Source of the DNA: Escherichia coli
Lineage (GTDB): Bacteria; Pseudomonadota; Gammaproteobacteria; Enterobacterales; Enterobacteriaceae
Assembly (NCBI RefSeq): GCF_044324875.1
Contig: NZ_CP172185.1
Length of the DNA: 64,000 nt
Direction: 5' to 3' (one strand)
The notes beneath the pieces were generated by a model. That model was not told the origin of the DNA, made no database searches, and saw only the letters and a list, made by a program, of their open reading frames with translations. Shown here piece after piece: positions 43,144 through 53,413 of this stretch. Position numbers and translations under genes: made by a program. The stretch's first letter is position 1; every line of letters starts with the position of its first letter.

Positions 43144-44156
43144 TTATTGAACGTTGTCGTGAACTGGCGTTGCGAGCGCCCGCCAGAGTGGTTTTTCCGG
43201 ATGCGTTAGATCAACGTGTGCTGAAAGCCGCGCAATATTTACATCAACAAGGTCTGGCAACGCCCATTCTGGTCGCCAATCCGTTTGAACTTCGTCAGTT
43301 TGCGCTCAGTCACGGCGTGGCGATGGACGGGCTACAGGTGATAGATCCGCATGGCAACCTCGCAATGCGGGAAGAATTTGCTCTCCGCTGGCTGGCCCGT
43401 GCGGGCGAAAAAACGCCGCCGGATGCGTTGGAAAAACTCACCGATCCGCTGATGTTCGCTGCCGCAATGGTCAGCGCCGGGACAGCGGATGTCTGTATCG
43501 CGGGCAATCTCTCTTCCACGGCGAATGTGCTGCGTGCCGGATTACGCATTATTGGCTTACAGCCAGGCTGTAAAACGCTCTCCTCCATTTTCCTGATGCT
43601 GCCACAGTACAGCGGTCCGGCGTTGGGTTTTGCCGATTGCAGCGTGGTACCACAGCCGACGGCGGCACAACTGGCGGATATCGCGCTTGCCAGCGCCGAA
43701 ACCTGGCGCGCCATCACCGGAGAAGAGCCGCGCGTGGCGATGTTGTCGTTTTCCAGTAACGGCAGCGCCCGTCACCCCTGCGTTGCCAATGTCCAGCAGG
43801 CGACAGAAATCGTCCGTGAGCGCGCGCCGCAGTTGGTAGTCGATGGCGAGTTGCAGTTTGACGCCGCCTTCGTGCCGGAAGTGGCGGCGCAAAAAGCGCC
43901 TGCCAGCCCGCTACAAGGCAAGGCCAATGTGATGGTTTTTCCGTCGCTGGAAGCCGGAAATATTGGCTACAAAATCGCACAACGACTCGGCGGATATCGT
44001 GCCGTCGGGCCATTGATACAAGGACTTGCCGCGCCGATGCACGATCTCTCTCGTGGTTGTAGCGTGCAGGAAATTATCGAGCTGGCGCTGGTGGCAGCTG
44101 TGCCGCGTCAGACAGAAGTAAACCGTGAAAGCAGTTTACAAACACTGGTTGAATGA
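43140..44156 (+). CDS. eutD: Phosphotransacetylase EutD (EutI)
   Basis: 338 aa PTA-family protein; 4-nt overlap with eutT. Confidence 0.93.
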   Translation: MIIERCRELALRAPARVVFPDALDQRVLKAAQYLHQQGLATPILVANPFELRQFALSHGVAMDGLQVIDPHGNLAMREEFALRWLARAGEKTPPDALEKLTDPLMFAAAMVSAGTADVCIAGNLSSTANVLRAGLRIIGLQPGCKTLSSIFLMLPQYSGPALGFADCSVVPQPTAAQLADIALASAETWRAITGEEPRVAMLSFSSNGSARHPCVANVQQATEIVRERAPQLVVDGELQFDAAFVPEVAAQKAPASPLQGKANVMVFPSLEAGNIGYKIAQRLGGYRAVGPLIQGLAAPMHDLSRGCSVQEIIELALVAAVPRQTEVNRESSLQTLVE

Positions 44157-44194
44157 ACGGTCCCGTTCTGGACCCTGATAAAGAGGAAAGCACA

Positions 44195-44488
44195 ATGGAA
44201 GCATTAGGAATGATCGAAACCCGGGGCCTGGTTGCACTGATTGAGGCTTCTGACGCGATGGTGAAAGCTGCGCGCGTCAAGCTGGTTGGTGTTAAGCAGA
44301 TTGGCGGCGGCCTGTGTACTGCCATGGTTCGTGGTGATGTTGCAGCCTGTAAAGCCGCGACCGACGCAGGTGCTGCAGCGGCACAGCGTATCGGCGAGCT
44401 GGTATCTGTACACGTTATCCCGCGTCCGCACGGCGACCTGGAAGAAGTCTTCCCGATCGGCCTGAAAGGCGATAGCAGCAACCTGTAA
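44195..44488 (+). CDS. eutM: Major microcompartment shell protein EutM (BMC domain hexamer)
   Basis: 97 aa from ATG 44195 ([28 protein letters not shown]...); AAGAGGAAAG SD; track ORF is extended 14 codons. Confidence 0.93.
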   Translation: MEALGMIETRGLVALIEASDAMVKAARVKLVGVKQIGGGLCTAMVRGDVAACKAATDAGAAAAQRIGELVSVHVIPRPHGDLEEVFPIGLKGDSSNL

Positions 44489-44497
44489 TCACCCTGT

Positions 44498-44556
44498 GTG
44501 ACGTCGATTCGGGCGTCACGCTCTCTCCTTTTTCAGTTTACCTTCCGCGGAAGGTA
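44498..44556 (+). promoter_or_regulatory. Two stem-loops in the eutM-eutN spacer (candidate intra-operon attenuator or mRNA processing/stability element)
   Basis: Hairpin gtgacg/cgtcac followed by T-run, then 18-bp perfect palindrome taccttccgcggaaggta. Confidence 0.45.
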
Positions 44557-44594
44557 GGGGGAGCTTTTACCTGAAATACGCCACGGAGGCGGGT

Positions 44595-44882
44595 ATGAAA
44601 CTGGCAGTCGTCACTGGACAAATTGTTTGTACCGTACGCCATCACGGACTGGCGCATGACAAATTGCTGATGGTGGAAATGATTGATCCACAAGGTAATC
44701 CTGACGGGCAATGCGCCGTCGCCATCGACAATATTGGCGCGGGAACCGGGGAGTGGGTGTTGCTGGTGAGTGGCAGTTCTGCCCGCCAGGCGCATAAAAG
44801 CGAAACGTCACCGGTCGATCTGTGCGTGATTGGCATCGTCGATGAGGTGGTGACTGGCGGTCAGGTAATTTTCCACAAATAA
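44595..44882 (+). CDS. eutN: Microcompartment vertex protein EutN (EutN/CcmL pentamer family)
   Basis: 95 aa; GGAGG SD upstream. Confidence 0.92.
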   Translation: MKLAVVTGQIVCTVRHHGLAHDKLLMVEMIDPQGNPDGQCAVAIDNIGAGTGEWVLLVSGSSARQAHKSETSPVDLCVIGIVDEVVTGGQVIFHK

Positions 44883-44893
44883 GGCAGAACATC

Positions 44894-46297
44894 ATGAATC
44901 AACAGGATATTGAACAGGTGGTGAAAGCGGTACTGCTGAAAATGCAAAGCAGTGATACGCCGCCCGCCGCCGTTCATGAGATGGGCGTTTTCGCGTCCCT
45001 GGATGACGCCGTTGCGGCAGCCAAAATTGCCCAGCAAGGGTTAAAAAGCGTGGCAATGCGCCAGTTAGCCATTGCTGCCATTCGTGAGGCAGGCGAAAAA
45101 CACGCCAGAGATTTAGCGGAACTTGCCGTCAGTGAAACCGGCATGGGCCGCGTTGAAGATAAATTTGCCAAAAACGTCGCTCAGGCGCGCGGCACGCCAG
45201 GCGTTGAGTGTCTCTCTCCGCAGGTGCTGACCGGCGACAACGGCCTGACCTTAATTGAAAACGCGCCCTGGGGCGTAGTGGCTTCGGTGACGCCTTCCAC
45301 TAACCCGGCGGCAACCGTAATTAACAATGCCATCAGCCTGATTGCGGCGGGCAACAGCGTCATTTTTGCCCCGCATCCGGCGGCGAAAAAAGTCTCCCAG
45401 CGGGCGATCACGCTGCTCAACCAGGCGATTGTTGCCGCAGGCGGGCCGGAAAACTTACTGGTTACTGTGGCAAATCCGGATATCGAAACCGCGCAACGCT
45501 TGTTCAAGTTTCCGGGTATCGGCCTGCTGGTGGTGACCGGCGGCGAAGCGGTAGTAGAAGCGGCACGTAAACACACCAATAAACGTCTGATTGCCGCAGG
45601 CGCTGGCAACCCGCCGGTAGTGGTGGATGAAACCGCTGACCTCGCCCGTGCTGCTCAGTCCATCGTCAAAGGCGCGTCTTTCGATAACAACATCATTTGT
45701 GCCGACGAAAAGGTACTGATTGTTGTGGATAGCGTAGCCGATGAACTGATGCGTCTGATGGAAGGCCAGCACGCGGTGAAACTGACCGCAGAGCAGGCGC
45801 AGCAGCTGCAACCGGTGTTGCTGAAAAATATCGACGAGCGCGGAAAAGGCACCGTCAGCCGTGACTGGGTTGGTCGCGATGCGGCGAAAATCGCGGCGGC
45901 AATCGGCCTTAAAGTTCCGGAACAAACGCGACTGCTGTTTGTAGAAACCACCGCAGAACATCCGTTTGCTGTGACTGAACTGATGATGCCGGTGCTGCCC
46001 GTCGTGCGCGTCGCCAACGTGGCGGATGCCATTGCGCTGGCGGTGAAACTGGAAGGCGGTTGCCATCACACGGCGGCAATGCACTCGCGCAACATCGAGA
46101 ACATGAACCAGATGGCGAACGCCATTGATACCAGCATTTTCGTTAAGAACGGACCGTGCATTGCCGGGCTGGGGCTGGGCGGGGAAGGCTGGACCACCAT
46201 GACCATCACCACGCCAACCGGTGAAGGGGTAACCAGCGCGCGTACGTTTGTCCGTCTGCGTCGCTGTGTATTAGTTGATGCGTTTCGCATTGTTTAA
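44894..46297 (+). CDS. eutE: CoA-acylating acetaldehyde dehydrogenase EutE
   Basis: 467 aa aldehyde dehydrogenase-family protein. Confidence 0.93.
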   Translation: MNQQDIEQVVKAVLLKMQSSDTPPAAVHEMGVFASLDDAVAAAKIAQQGLKSVAMRQLAIAAIREAGEKHARDLAELAVSETGMGRVEDKFAKNVAQARGTPGVECLSPQVLTGDNGLTLIENAPWGVVASVTPSTNPAATVINNAISLIAAGNSVIFAPHPAAKKVSQRAITLLNQAIVAAGGPENLLVTVANPDIETAQRLFKFPGIGLLVVTGGEAVVEAARKHTNKRLIAAGAGNPPVVVDETADLARAAQSIVKGASFDNNIICADEKVLIVVDSVADELMRLMEGQHAVKLTAEQAQQLQPVLLKNIDERGKGTVSRDWVGRDAAKIAAAIGLKVPEQTRLLFVETTAEHPFAVTELMMPVLPVVRVANVADAIALAVKLEGGCHHTAAMHSRNIENMNQMANAIDTSIFVKNGPCIAGLGLGGEGWTTMTITTPTGEGVTSARTFVRLRRCVLVDAFRIV

Positions 46298-46307
46298 GGA
46301 GTAACCG

Positions 46308-47144
46308 ATGGCGCACGACGAACAATGGCTCATCCCGCGTCTGCAAACGGCGGCAACGCTGTGTAACCAGACGCCTGCCGCAACGGAATCTCCGCTGTGG
46401 CTGGGGGTGGATCTGGGCACCTGCGATGTGGTGTCGATGGTTGTCGACCGCGACGGTCAGCCGGTGGCGGTATGCCTCGACTGGGCTGATGTGGTCCGCG
46501 ACGGCATCGTCTGGGATTTCTTCGGTGCGGTCACCATTGTTCGTCGCCATCTTGACACCCTCGAGCAGCAATTCGGTCGCCGTTTTAGCCATGCGGCGAC
46601 CTCTTTTCCTCCAGGTACGGACCCGCGTATTTCCATCAACGTGCTGGAGTCTGCCGGGCTGGAAGTGAGCCATGTGCTGGATGAGCCAACCGCAGTCGCG
46701 GATCTGCTGCAACTGGACAACGCCGGTGTAGTGGATATCGGCGGCGGCACCACCGGCATTGCCATCGTGAAAAAGGGCAAGGTGACTTACTCGGCAGATG
46801 AAGCCACCGGCGGACATCACATCTCTCTGACTCTCGCCGGAAATCGTCGTATTTCGCTGGAGGAGGCAGAGCAGTACAAGCGCGGTCACGGTGAAGAGAT
46901 TTGGCCCGCGGTGAAACCGGTGTACGAAAAAATGGCGGACATTGTCGCCCGGCATATTGAAGGGCAGGGCATTACTGATTTATGGCTGGCGGGCGGCTCT
47001 TGTATGCAACCGGGCGTGGCGGAACTGTTTCGCAAACAATTCCCGGCGTTACAGGTGCATTTACCGCAGCACAGTTTGTTTATGACCCCGCTGGCGATCG
47101 CCAGTAGCGGGCGAGAGAAAGCGGAGGGGATCTATGCAAAATGA
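46308..47144 (+). CDS. eutJ: Ethanolamine utilisation chaperone-like protein EutJ (actin/Hsp70 fold)
   Basis: 278 aa; VDIGGGTTGIA phosphate-binding loop. Confidence 0.92.
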   Translation: MAHDEQWLIPRLQTAATLCNQTPAATESPLWLGVDLGTCDVVSMVVDRDGQPVAVCLDWADVVRDGIVWDFFGAVTIVRRHLDTLEQQFGRRFSHAATSFPPGTDPRISINVLESAGLEVSHVLDEPTAVADLLQLDNAGVVDIGGGTTGIAIVKKGKVTYSADEATGGHHISLTLAGNRRISLEEAEQYKRGHGEEIWPAVKPVYEKMADIVARHIEGQGITDLWLAGGSCMQPGVAELFRKQFPALQVHLPQHSLFMTPLAIASSGREKAEGIYAK

Positions 47145-48321
47145 ATTGCAGACCGCGCTCTTTCAGGCGTTCGATACCCTGAATCTGCAACGGGTAAAAA
47201 CATTTAGCGTTCCACCGGTGACGCTTTGCGGTCCGGGCGCGGTGAGCAGTTGTGGGCAGCAAGCGCAAACGCGTGGGCTGAAACATCTGTTCGTGATGGC
47301 AGACAGCTTTTTGCATCAGGCAGGGATGACCGCCGGGCTGACGCGTAGCCTGGCCGTTAAAGGTATCGCCATGACGCTCTGGCCATGTCCGGTGGGCGAA
47401 CCATGCATCACCGACGTGTGTGCAGCCGTGGCGCAGTTGCGTGAATCAGGCTGTGACGGGGTGATTGCGTTTGGCGGCGGCTCGGTGCTGGATGCAGCAA
47501 AAGCCGTGGCGTTGCTGGTGACGAACCCGGATAGCACGCTGGCAGAGATGTCAGAAACCAGCGTTCTGCAACCGCGCCTGCCGTTGATTGCCATTCCAAC
47601 GACCGCCGGAACCGGCTCTGAAACCACCAACGTAACGGTGATTATCGACGCGGTGAGCGGGCGCAAGCAGGTGTTAGCCCATGCCTCGCTGATGCCGGAT
47701 GTGGCGATTCTCGACGCTGCGCTGACCGAAGGCGTGCCGTCGCATGTCACGGCGATGACCGGTATCGACGCGTTAACCCATGCTATTGAAGCGTACAGCG
47801 CGCTGAACGCCACACCGTTTACCGACAGCCTGGCGATTGGTGCCATTGCGATGATTGGCAAATCGCTGCCGAAAGCGGTGGGCTACGGTCACGACCTTGC
47901 CGCCCGCGAGAGCATGTTGCTGGCTTCATGTATGGCGGGAATGGCGTTTTCCAGTGCGGGGCTTGGGTTGTGCCACGCGATGGCGCATCAGCCAGGGGCG
48001 GCGCTGCATATTCCGCACGGTCTGGCGAACGCCATGCTACTGCCAACGGTGATGGAGTTTAACCGGATGGTCTGTCGTGAACGCTTTAGTCAGATTGGTC
48101 GGGCGCTGCGAACTAAAAAATCCGACGATCGTGACGCTATTAACGCGGTAAGTGAGCTGATTGCGGAAGTCGGGATTGGTAAACGACTGGGCGATATTGG
48201 TGCGACATCTGCGCATTACGGCGCATGGGCGCAGGCCGCGCTGGAAGATATTTGTCTGCGCAGCAACCCGCGTACCGCCAGCCTGGAGCAGATTATTGGT
48301 CTGTATGCTGCGGCGCAATAA
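47134..48321 (+). CDS. eutG: Iron-containing alcohol dehydrogenase EutG
   Basis: 395 aa; GGGSVLD motif; overlaps eutJ 3' end by 11 nt. Confidence 0.93.
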   Translation: MQNELQTALFQAFDTLNLQRVKTFSVPPVTLCGPGAVSSCGQQAQTRGLKHLFVMADSFLHQAGMTAGLTRSLAVKGIAMTLWPCPVGEPCITDVCAAVAQLRESGCDGVIAFGGGSVLDAAKAVALLVTNPDSTLAEMSETSVLQPRLPLIAIPTTAGTGSETTNVTVIIDAVSGRKQVLAHASLMPDVAILDAALTEGVPSHVTAMTGIDALTHAIEAYSALNATPFTDSLAIGAIAMIGKSLPKAVGYGHDLAARESMLLASCMAGMAFSSAGLGLCHAMAHQPGAALHIPHGLANAMLLPTVMEFNRMVCRERFSQIGRALRTKKSDDRDAINAVSELIAEVGIGKRLGDIGATSAHYGAWAQAALEDICLRSNPRTASLEQIIGLYAAAQ

Positions 48322-48325
48322 AAGT

Positions 48326-48440
48326 GTACGGACAGTCCCCTCGCCCCTTTGGGGAGAGGGTTAGGGTGAGGGGAACAGAGTCGCGCCGGTGCAAATAATT
48401 ACCCTCACCCCGACCCCTCGGCTTCCAGAGTGAGGGAAAA
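48326..48440. repeat. GC-rich extragenic repeat, copy 2 plus partial inverted copy (eutG-eutH gap)
   Basis: gtacggacagtcccctcgcccctttggggagagggttagggtgaggggaaca, then ccctcaccc 28 nt downstream as an inverted partner of gggtgaggg. Confidence 0.7.
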
Positions 48441-48490
48441 ACCCACTTTCAGCATTGGCAATAAATAACAACTAACAGGGAGTAAAGGCG

Positions 48491-49717
48491 ATGGGAATTA
48501 ACGAAATCATCATGTACATCATGATGTTCTTTATGCTGATAGCTGCCGTAGACAGGATCCTGTCGCAGTTCGGCGGTTCTGCTCGTTTCCTCGGTAAGTT
48601 CGGTAAAAGTATCGAAGGATCAGGCGGTCAGTTCGAAGAAGGCTTTATGGCAATGGGCGCACTGGGCCTGGCGATGGTCGGTATGACCGCGCTGGCACCG
48701 GTACTGGCTCACGTACTCGGGCCGGTGATTATCCCGGTTTACGAAATGCTCGGCGCAAACCCATCGATGTTCGCCGGAACACTGCTGGCGTGCGATATGG
48801 GCGGCTTCTTCCTCGCCAAAGAGCTGGCGGGCGGCGACGTAGCAGCGTGGCTATACTCTGGGTTAATTCTCGGGTCGATGATGGGGCCAACGATTGTGTT
48901 TTCCATTCCGGTGGCGCTCGGCATTATCGAACCTTCTGACCGTCGTTATCTGGCGCTCGGCGTGCTGGCGGGCATTGTGACCATTCCGATTGGCTGTATT
49001 GCCGGTGGTCTGGTGGCTATGTATTCCGGTGTGCAGATCAACGGTCAGCCAGTGGAATTCACCTTTGCCCTGATCCTGATGAACATGATCCCGGTACTTA
49101 TCGTCGCGGTACTGGTGGCGCTGGGGCTGAAATTCATCCCGGAAAAAATGATCAACGGCTTCCAGATCTTCGCCAAATTCCTCGTTGCATTGATCACCCT
49201 CGGTCTTGCCGCTGCGGTAGTGAAATTCCTGCTCGGTTGGGAACTGATCCCCGGTCTGGATCCGATCTTCATGGCTCCAGGCGATAAACCCGGTGAAGTG
49301 ATGCGCGCCATTGAAGTTATCGGTTCTATCTCCTGCGTGCTGTTAGGGGCGTACCCGATGGTACTGCTGCTGACCCGCTGGTTTGAAAAACCGCTGATGA
49401 GCGTCGGTAAGGTGCTGAATATGAACAACATCGCGGCAGCTGGCATGGTGGCAACGCTTGCCAACAACATCCCAATGTTTGGCATGATGAAGCAGATGGA
49501 TACCCGCGGCAAAGTCATCAACTGCGCCTTCGCCGTTTCCGCTGCTTTCGCCCTGGGTGACCACTTAGGCTTCGCCGCTGCCAACATGAACGCCATGATT
49601 TTCCCGATGATTGTCGGCAAGTTGATCGGCGGCGTAACGGCGATTGGCGTGGCGATGATGCTGGTGCCAAAAGAAGACGCGACCGCGGCCAAAACCGAAG
49701 CGGAGGCACAATCGTGA
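48491..49717 (+). CDS. eutH: Ethanolamine permease EutH
   Basis: 408 aa polytopic membrane protein. Confidence 0.93.
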   Translation: MGINEIIMYIMMFFMLIAAVDRILSQFGGSARFLGKFGKSIEGSGGQFEEGFMAMGALGLAMVGMTALAPVLAHVLGPVIIPVYEMLGANPSMFAGTLLACDMGGFFLAKELAGGDVAAWLYSGLILGSMMGPTIVFSIPVALGIIEPSDRRYLALGVLAGIVTIPIGCIAGGLVAMYSGVQINGQPVEFTFALILMNMIPVLIVAVLVALGLKFIPEKMINGFQIFAKFLVALITLGLAAAVVKFLLGWELIPGLDPIFMAPGDKPGEVMRAIEVIGSISCVLLGAYPMVLLLTRWFEKPLMSVGKVLNMNNIAAAGMVATLANNIPMFGMMKQMDTRGKVINCAFAVSAAFALGDHLGFAAANMNAMIFPMIVGKLIGGVTAIGVAMMLVPKEDATAAKTEAEAQS

Positions 49718-51117
49718 ACACTCGCCAGCTACTGAGCGTCGGTATCGATATCGGCACCACCACCACCCAGGTGATCTTCTCCCACCTGGAGCTGGTTAAC
49801 CGTGCGGCGGTGTCGCAGGTGCCGCGCTACGAATTCATCAAACGCGAAATTAGCTGGCAAAGCCCGGTGTTCTTTACCCCTGTCGATAAACAGGGTGGTT
49901 TAAAAGAAGCGGAACTGAAATCGCTGATTTTAGAGCAATATCAGGCTGCGGGCATTGCGCCGGAAAGCGTTGATTCTGGTGCCATCATCATCACCGGTGA
50001 AAGCGCGAAAACCCGCAACGCTCGCCCGGCGGTGATGACGCTCTCCCAGTCGCTGGGCGATTTTGTCGTCGCCAGCGCCGGGCCGCATCTCGAATCCGTG
50101 ATCGCCGGTCACGGTGCCGGGGCGCAAACCCTTTCTGAACAACGGCTGTGTCGGGTACTGAATATCGACATCGGCGGTGGCACCGCGAACTACGCCCTGT
50201 TCGATGCCGGAAAAATCAGCGGCACTGCCTGCCTCAACGTCGGTGGTCGCCTGCTGGAAACCGACAGCCAGGGGCGCGTGGTTTACGCTCATAAACCGGG
50301 GCAGATGATTGTGGATGAGTGCTTCGGTGCAGGCAGTGACGCCCGTTCGCTGACCGGCGCGCAGCTGGTGCAGGTTACCCGCCGGATGGCAGAGCTGATT
50401 GTCGAAGTGATTGACGGAACGCTCTCGCCGCTCGCGCAGGCATTAATGCAAACCGGTTTGCTGCCCGCAGGTGTTACGCCCGAAATCATTACGCTTTCTG
50501 GCGGCGTGGGCGAATGTTATCGCCACCAGCCCGCCGCCCCGTTCTGTTTTGCCGATATCGGCCCGCTGCTGGCAACGGCGCTGTATGACCATCCGCGCCT
50601 GCGTGAGATGAACGTGCAGTTTCCGGCGCAAACCGTGCGCGCCACGGTGATTGGCGCGGGTGCACATACCCTTTCGCTCTCTGGCAGCACAATCTGGCTG
50701 GAGGGCGTCCAACTGCCGCTGCGCAATTTGCCGGTGGCGATCCCGATTGATGAAACGGATCTGGTGAGTGCCTGGCAACAGGCGCTGATTCAGCTGGATC
50801 TTGATCCCAAAACTGACGCGTACGTGCTGGCGCTTCCCGCCTCGCTGCCTGTGCGTTACGCCGCGGTACTGACGGTCATCAACGCGCTGGTCGATTTCGT
50901 CGCGCGTTTTCCGAATCCGCATCCCCTGTTGGTGGTGGCCGGGCAGGACTTTGGTAAAGCTCTGGGCATGTTGTTGCGCCCACAGCTACAACAACTCCCG
51001 TTGGCAGTCATTGACGAAGTGATTGTCCGCGCGGGGGACTATATCGACATTGGTACGCCTCTTTTTGGCGGATCGGTTGTGCCGGTGACGGTGAAATCAC
51101 TCGCATTTCCTTCCTGA
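49714..51117 (+). CDS. eutA: Ethanolamine ammonia-lyase reactivating factor EutA
   Basis: 467 aa; 4-nt overlap with eutH stop. Confidence 0.93.
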   Translation: MNTRQLLSVGIDIGTTTTQVIFSHLELVNRAAVSQVPRYEFIKREISWQSPVFFTPVDKQGGLKEAELKSLILEQYQAAGIAPESVDSGAIIITGESAKTRNARPAVMTLSQSLGDFVVASAGPHLESVIAGHGAGAQTLSEQRLCRVLNIDIGGGTANYALFDAGKISGTACLNVGGRLLETDSQGRVVYAHKPGQMIVDECFGAGSDARSLTGAQLVQVTRRMAELIVEVIDGTLSPLAQALMQTGLLPAGVTPEIITLSGGVGECYRHQPAAPFCFADIGPLLATALYDHPRLREMNVQFPAQTVRATVIGAGAHTLSLSGSTIWLEGVQLPLRNLPVAIPIDETDLVSAWQQALIQLDLDPKTDAYVLALPASLPVRYAAVLTVINALVDFVARFPNPHPLLVVAGQDFGKALGMLLRPQLQQLPLAVIDEVIVRAGDYIDIGTPLFGGSVVPVTVKSLAFPS

Positions 51118-51128
51118 GGGAACGACTT

Positions 51129-52496
51129 ATGAAACTAAAGACCACATTGTTCGGCAATGTATATCAGTTTAAGGATGTAAAAGAGGTGCTGGCTAAAGCC
51201 AACGAACTGCGTTCGGGGGATGTGCTGGCGGGCGTCGCAGCGGCAAGCTCACAGGAGCGCGTGGCGGCAAAGCAGGTGTTGTCGGAAATGACCGTAGCGG
51301 ACATCCGCAATAATCCGGTGATTGCTTATGAAGATGACTGCGTGACGCGGCTGATTCAGGACGACGTTAACGAAACGGCCTACAACCAGATTAAAAACTG
51401 GAGCATCAGCGAACTGCGTGAATACGTCCTGAGCGACGAAACCAGCGTTGACGACATTGCCTTTACCCGCAAAGGGTTGACCTCGGAAGTGGTCGCGGCG
51501 GTAGCGAAGATTTGCTCCAACGCGGACCTGATCTACGGCGCGAAGAAAATGCCGGTGATCAAAAAGGCCAATACCACCATCGGTATTCCGGGCACCTTCA
51601 GCGCCCGCTTGCAGCCAAACGACACCCGTGACGACGTGCAAAGTATCGCCGCGCAAATCTACGAAGGGCTTTCTTTCGGGGTGGGCGATGCGGTGATCGG
51701 CGTTAACCCGGTGACTGACGACGTGGAAAACTTAAGCCGCGTGTTGGACACCATCTATGGCGTGATCGACAAATACAACATTCCGACCCAGGGCTGCGTG
51801 CTGGCGCACGTCACCACCCAGATTGAAGCAATTCGTCGCGGCGCGCCTGGCGGACTGATTTTCCAGAGTATCTGCGGCAGCGAAAAAGGGCTGAAAGAGT
51901 TTGGCGTGGAACTGGCGATGCTCGACGAAGCGCGCGCAGTGGGCGCGGAGTTCAACCGTATCGCCGGGGAAAACTGCCTCTACTTCGAAACCGGACAAGG
52001 CTCTGCGCTATCCGCTGGCGCTAACTTCGGCGCAGACCAGGTGACGATGGAAGCGCGTAACTACGGGCTGGCGCGTCATTACGATCCGTTTATCGTCAAC
52101 ACCGTGGTCGGCTTTATTGGGCCGGAGTATCTCTACAACGACCGCCAGATTATCCGTGCGGGCTTAGAAGATCACTTTATGGGCAAGCTGAGCGGCATCT
52201 CTATGGGCTGTGACTGCTGCTACACCAACCACGCTGACGCTGACGCTGACCAGAACCTCAACGAAAACCTCATGATCCTGCTCGCCACCGCAGGCTGCAA
52301 CTACATCATGGGGATGCCGCTGGGCGATGACATCATGCTCAACTATCAGACCACCGCATTCCACGACACTGCCACTGTGCGTCAGTTACTCAACCTGCGC
52401 CCGTCACCGGAGTTTGAACGCTGGCTGGAAAGCATGGGCATTATGGCAAACGGTCGCCTGACCAAACGGGCGGGCGATCCGTCACTGTTCTTCTGA
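51129..52496 (+). CDS. eutB: Ethanolamine ammonia-lyase large (heavy) subunit
   Basis: 455 aa from ATG 51129 (MKLKTTLFGNVYQFKDVKEV...); contains in-frame (GCTGAC)3 repeat encoding ADADAD. Confidence 0.95.
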   Translation: MKLKTTLFGNVYQFKDVKEVLAKANELRSGDVLAGVAAASSQERVAAKQVLSEMTVADIRNNPVIAYEDDCVTRLIQDDVNETAYNQIKNWSISELREYVLSDETSVDDIAFTRKGLTSEVVAAVAKICSNADLIYGAKKMPVIKKANTTIGIPGTFSARLQPNDTRDDVQSIAAQIYEGLSFGVGDAVIGVNPVTDDVENLSRVLDTIYGVIDKYNIPTQGCVLAHVTTQIEAIRRGAPGGLIFQSICGSEKGLKEFGVELAMLDEARAVGAEFNRIAGENCLYFETGQGSALSAGANFGADQVTMEARNYGLARHYDPFIVNTVVGFIGPEYLYNDRQIIRAGLEDHFMGKLSGISMGCDCCYTNHADADADQNLNENLMILLATAGCNYIMGMPLGDDIMLNYQTTAFHDTATVRQLLNLRPSPEFERWLESMGIMANGRLTKRAGDPSLFF

Positions 52497-52516
52497 TGAC
52501 GCGGAGATAACACATC

Positions 52517-53404
52517 ATGGATCAAAAACAGATTGAAGAAATTGTACGCAGCGTGATGGCGTCAATGGGACAAGCGGCCCCCGCGCCGTCAGAAGCAAAG
52601 TGCGCCACCACCACCTGTGCGGCACCGGTGACCTCGGAAAGCTGCGCGCTGGACTTAGGCTCTGCGGAAGCAAAAGTGTGGATTGGTGTTGAAAACCCGC
52701 ATCGCGCAGACGTATTAACAGAACTGCGTCGCAGCACCGTGGCCCGCGTTTGTACCGGTCGTGCCGGTCCGCGTCCGCGTACCCAGGCGTTGCTGCGTTT
52801 CCTGGCCGATCACTCTCGTTCGAAAGATACCGTACTGAAAGAAGTGCCGGAAGAGTGGGTGAAAGCGCAGGGCTTGCTGGAAGTCCGCTCTGAAATTAGC
52901 GACAAAAATCTCTACCTGACTCGTCCGGATATGGGCCGCCGCCTGTGTGCAGAAGCTGTTGAAGCCCTGAAAGCACAGTGTGTTGCTAATCCGGACGTGC
53001 AGGTCGTTATTTCTGATGGCCTGTCAACTGATGCGATCACCGTGAACTACGAAGAGATCCTGCCGCCGCTGATGGCGGGCCTGAAACAGGCCGGGCTGAA
53101 AGTCGGTACGCCATTCTTTGTTCGTTATGGTCGCGTGAAGATTGAAGATCAGATCGGTGAGATCCTCGGCGCGAAAGTAGTGATCCTGCTGGTGGGGGAA
53201 CGCCCGGGATTAGGGCAGTCAGAAAGCCTCTCCTGCTACGCCGTTTACTCGCCGCGTATGGCGACCACCGTTGAGGCCGATCGCACCTGTATTTCTAACA
53301 TTCACCAGGGCGGCACGCCGCCGGTTGAAGCCGCAGCCGTCATTGTGGATTTGGCGAAACGTATGCTGGAGCAGAAAGCATCCGGCATCAACATGACCCG
53401 ATAA
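52517..53404 (+). CDS. eutC: Ethanolamine ammonia-lyase small (light) subunit
   Basis: 295 aa. Confidence 0.95.
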   Translation: MDQKQIEEIVRSVMASMGQAAPAPSEAKCATTTCAAPVTSESCALDLGSAEAKVWIGVENPHRADVLTELRRSTVARVCTGRAGPRPRTQALLRFLADHSRSKDTVLKEVPEEWVKAQGLLEVRSEISDKNLYLTRPDMGRRLCAEAVEALKAQCVANPDVQVVISDGLSTDAITVNYEEILPPLMAGLKQAGLKVGTPFFVRYGRVKIEDQIGEILGAKVVILLVGERPGLGQSESLSCYAVYSPRMATTVEADRTCISNIHQGGTPPVEAAAVIVDLAKRMLEQKASGINMTR

Positions 53405-53413
53405 GGAGGCATC

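Noticed and set aside
45455-46955. ORFs antisense to eutE and eutJ (209 aa at 45455-46084 and 249 aa at 46206-46955)
   Set aside because: Both lie opposite confidently identified eut genes and have biased, low-complexity translations without SD sequences.
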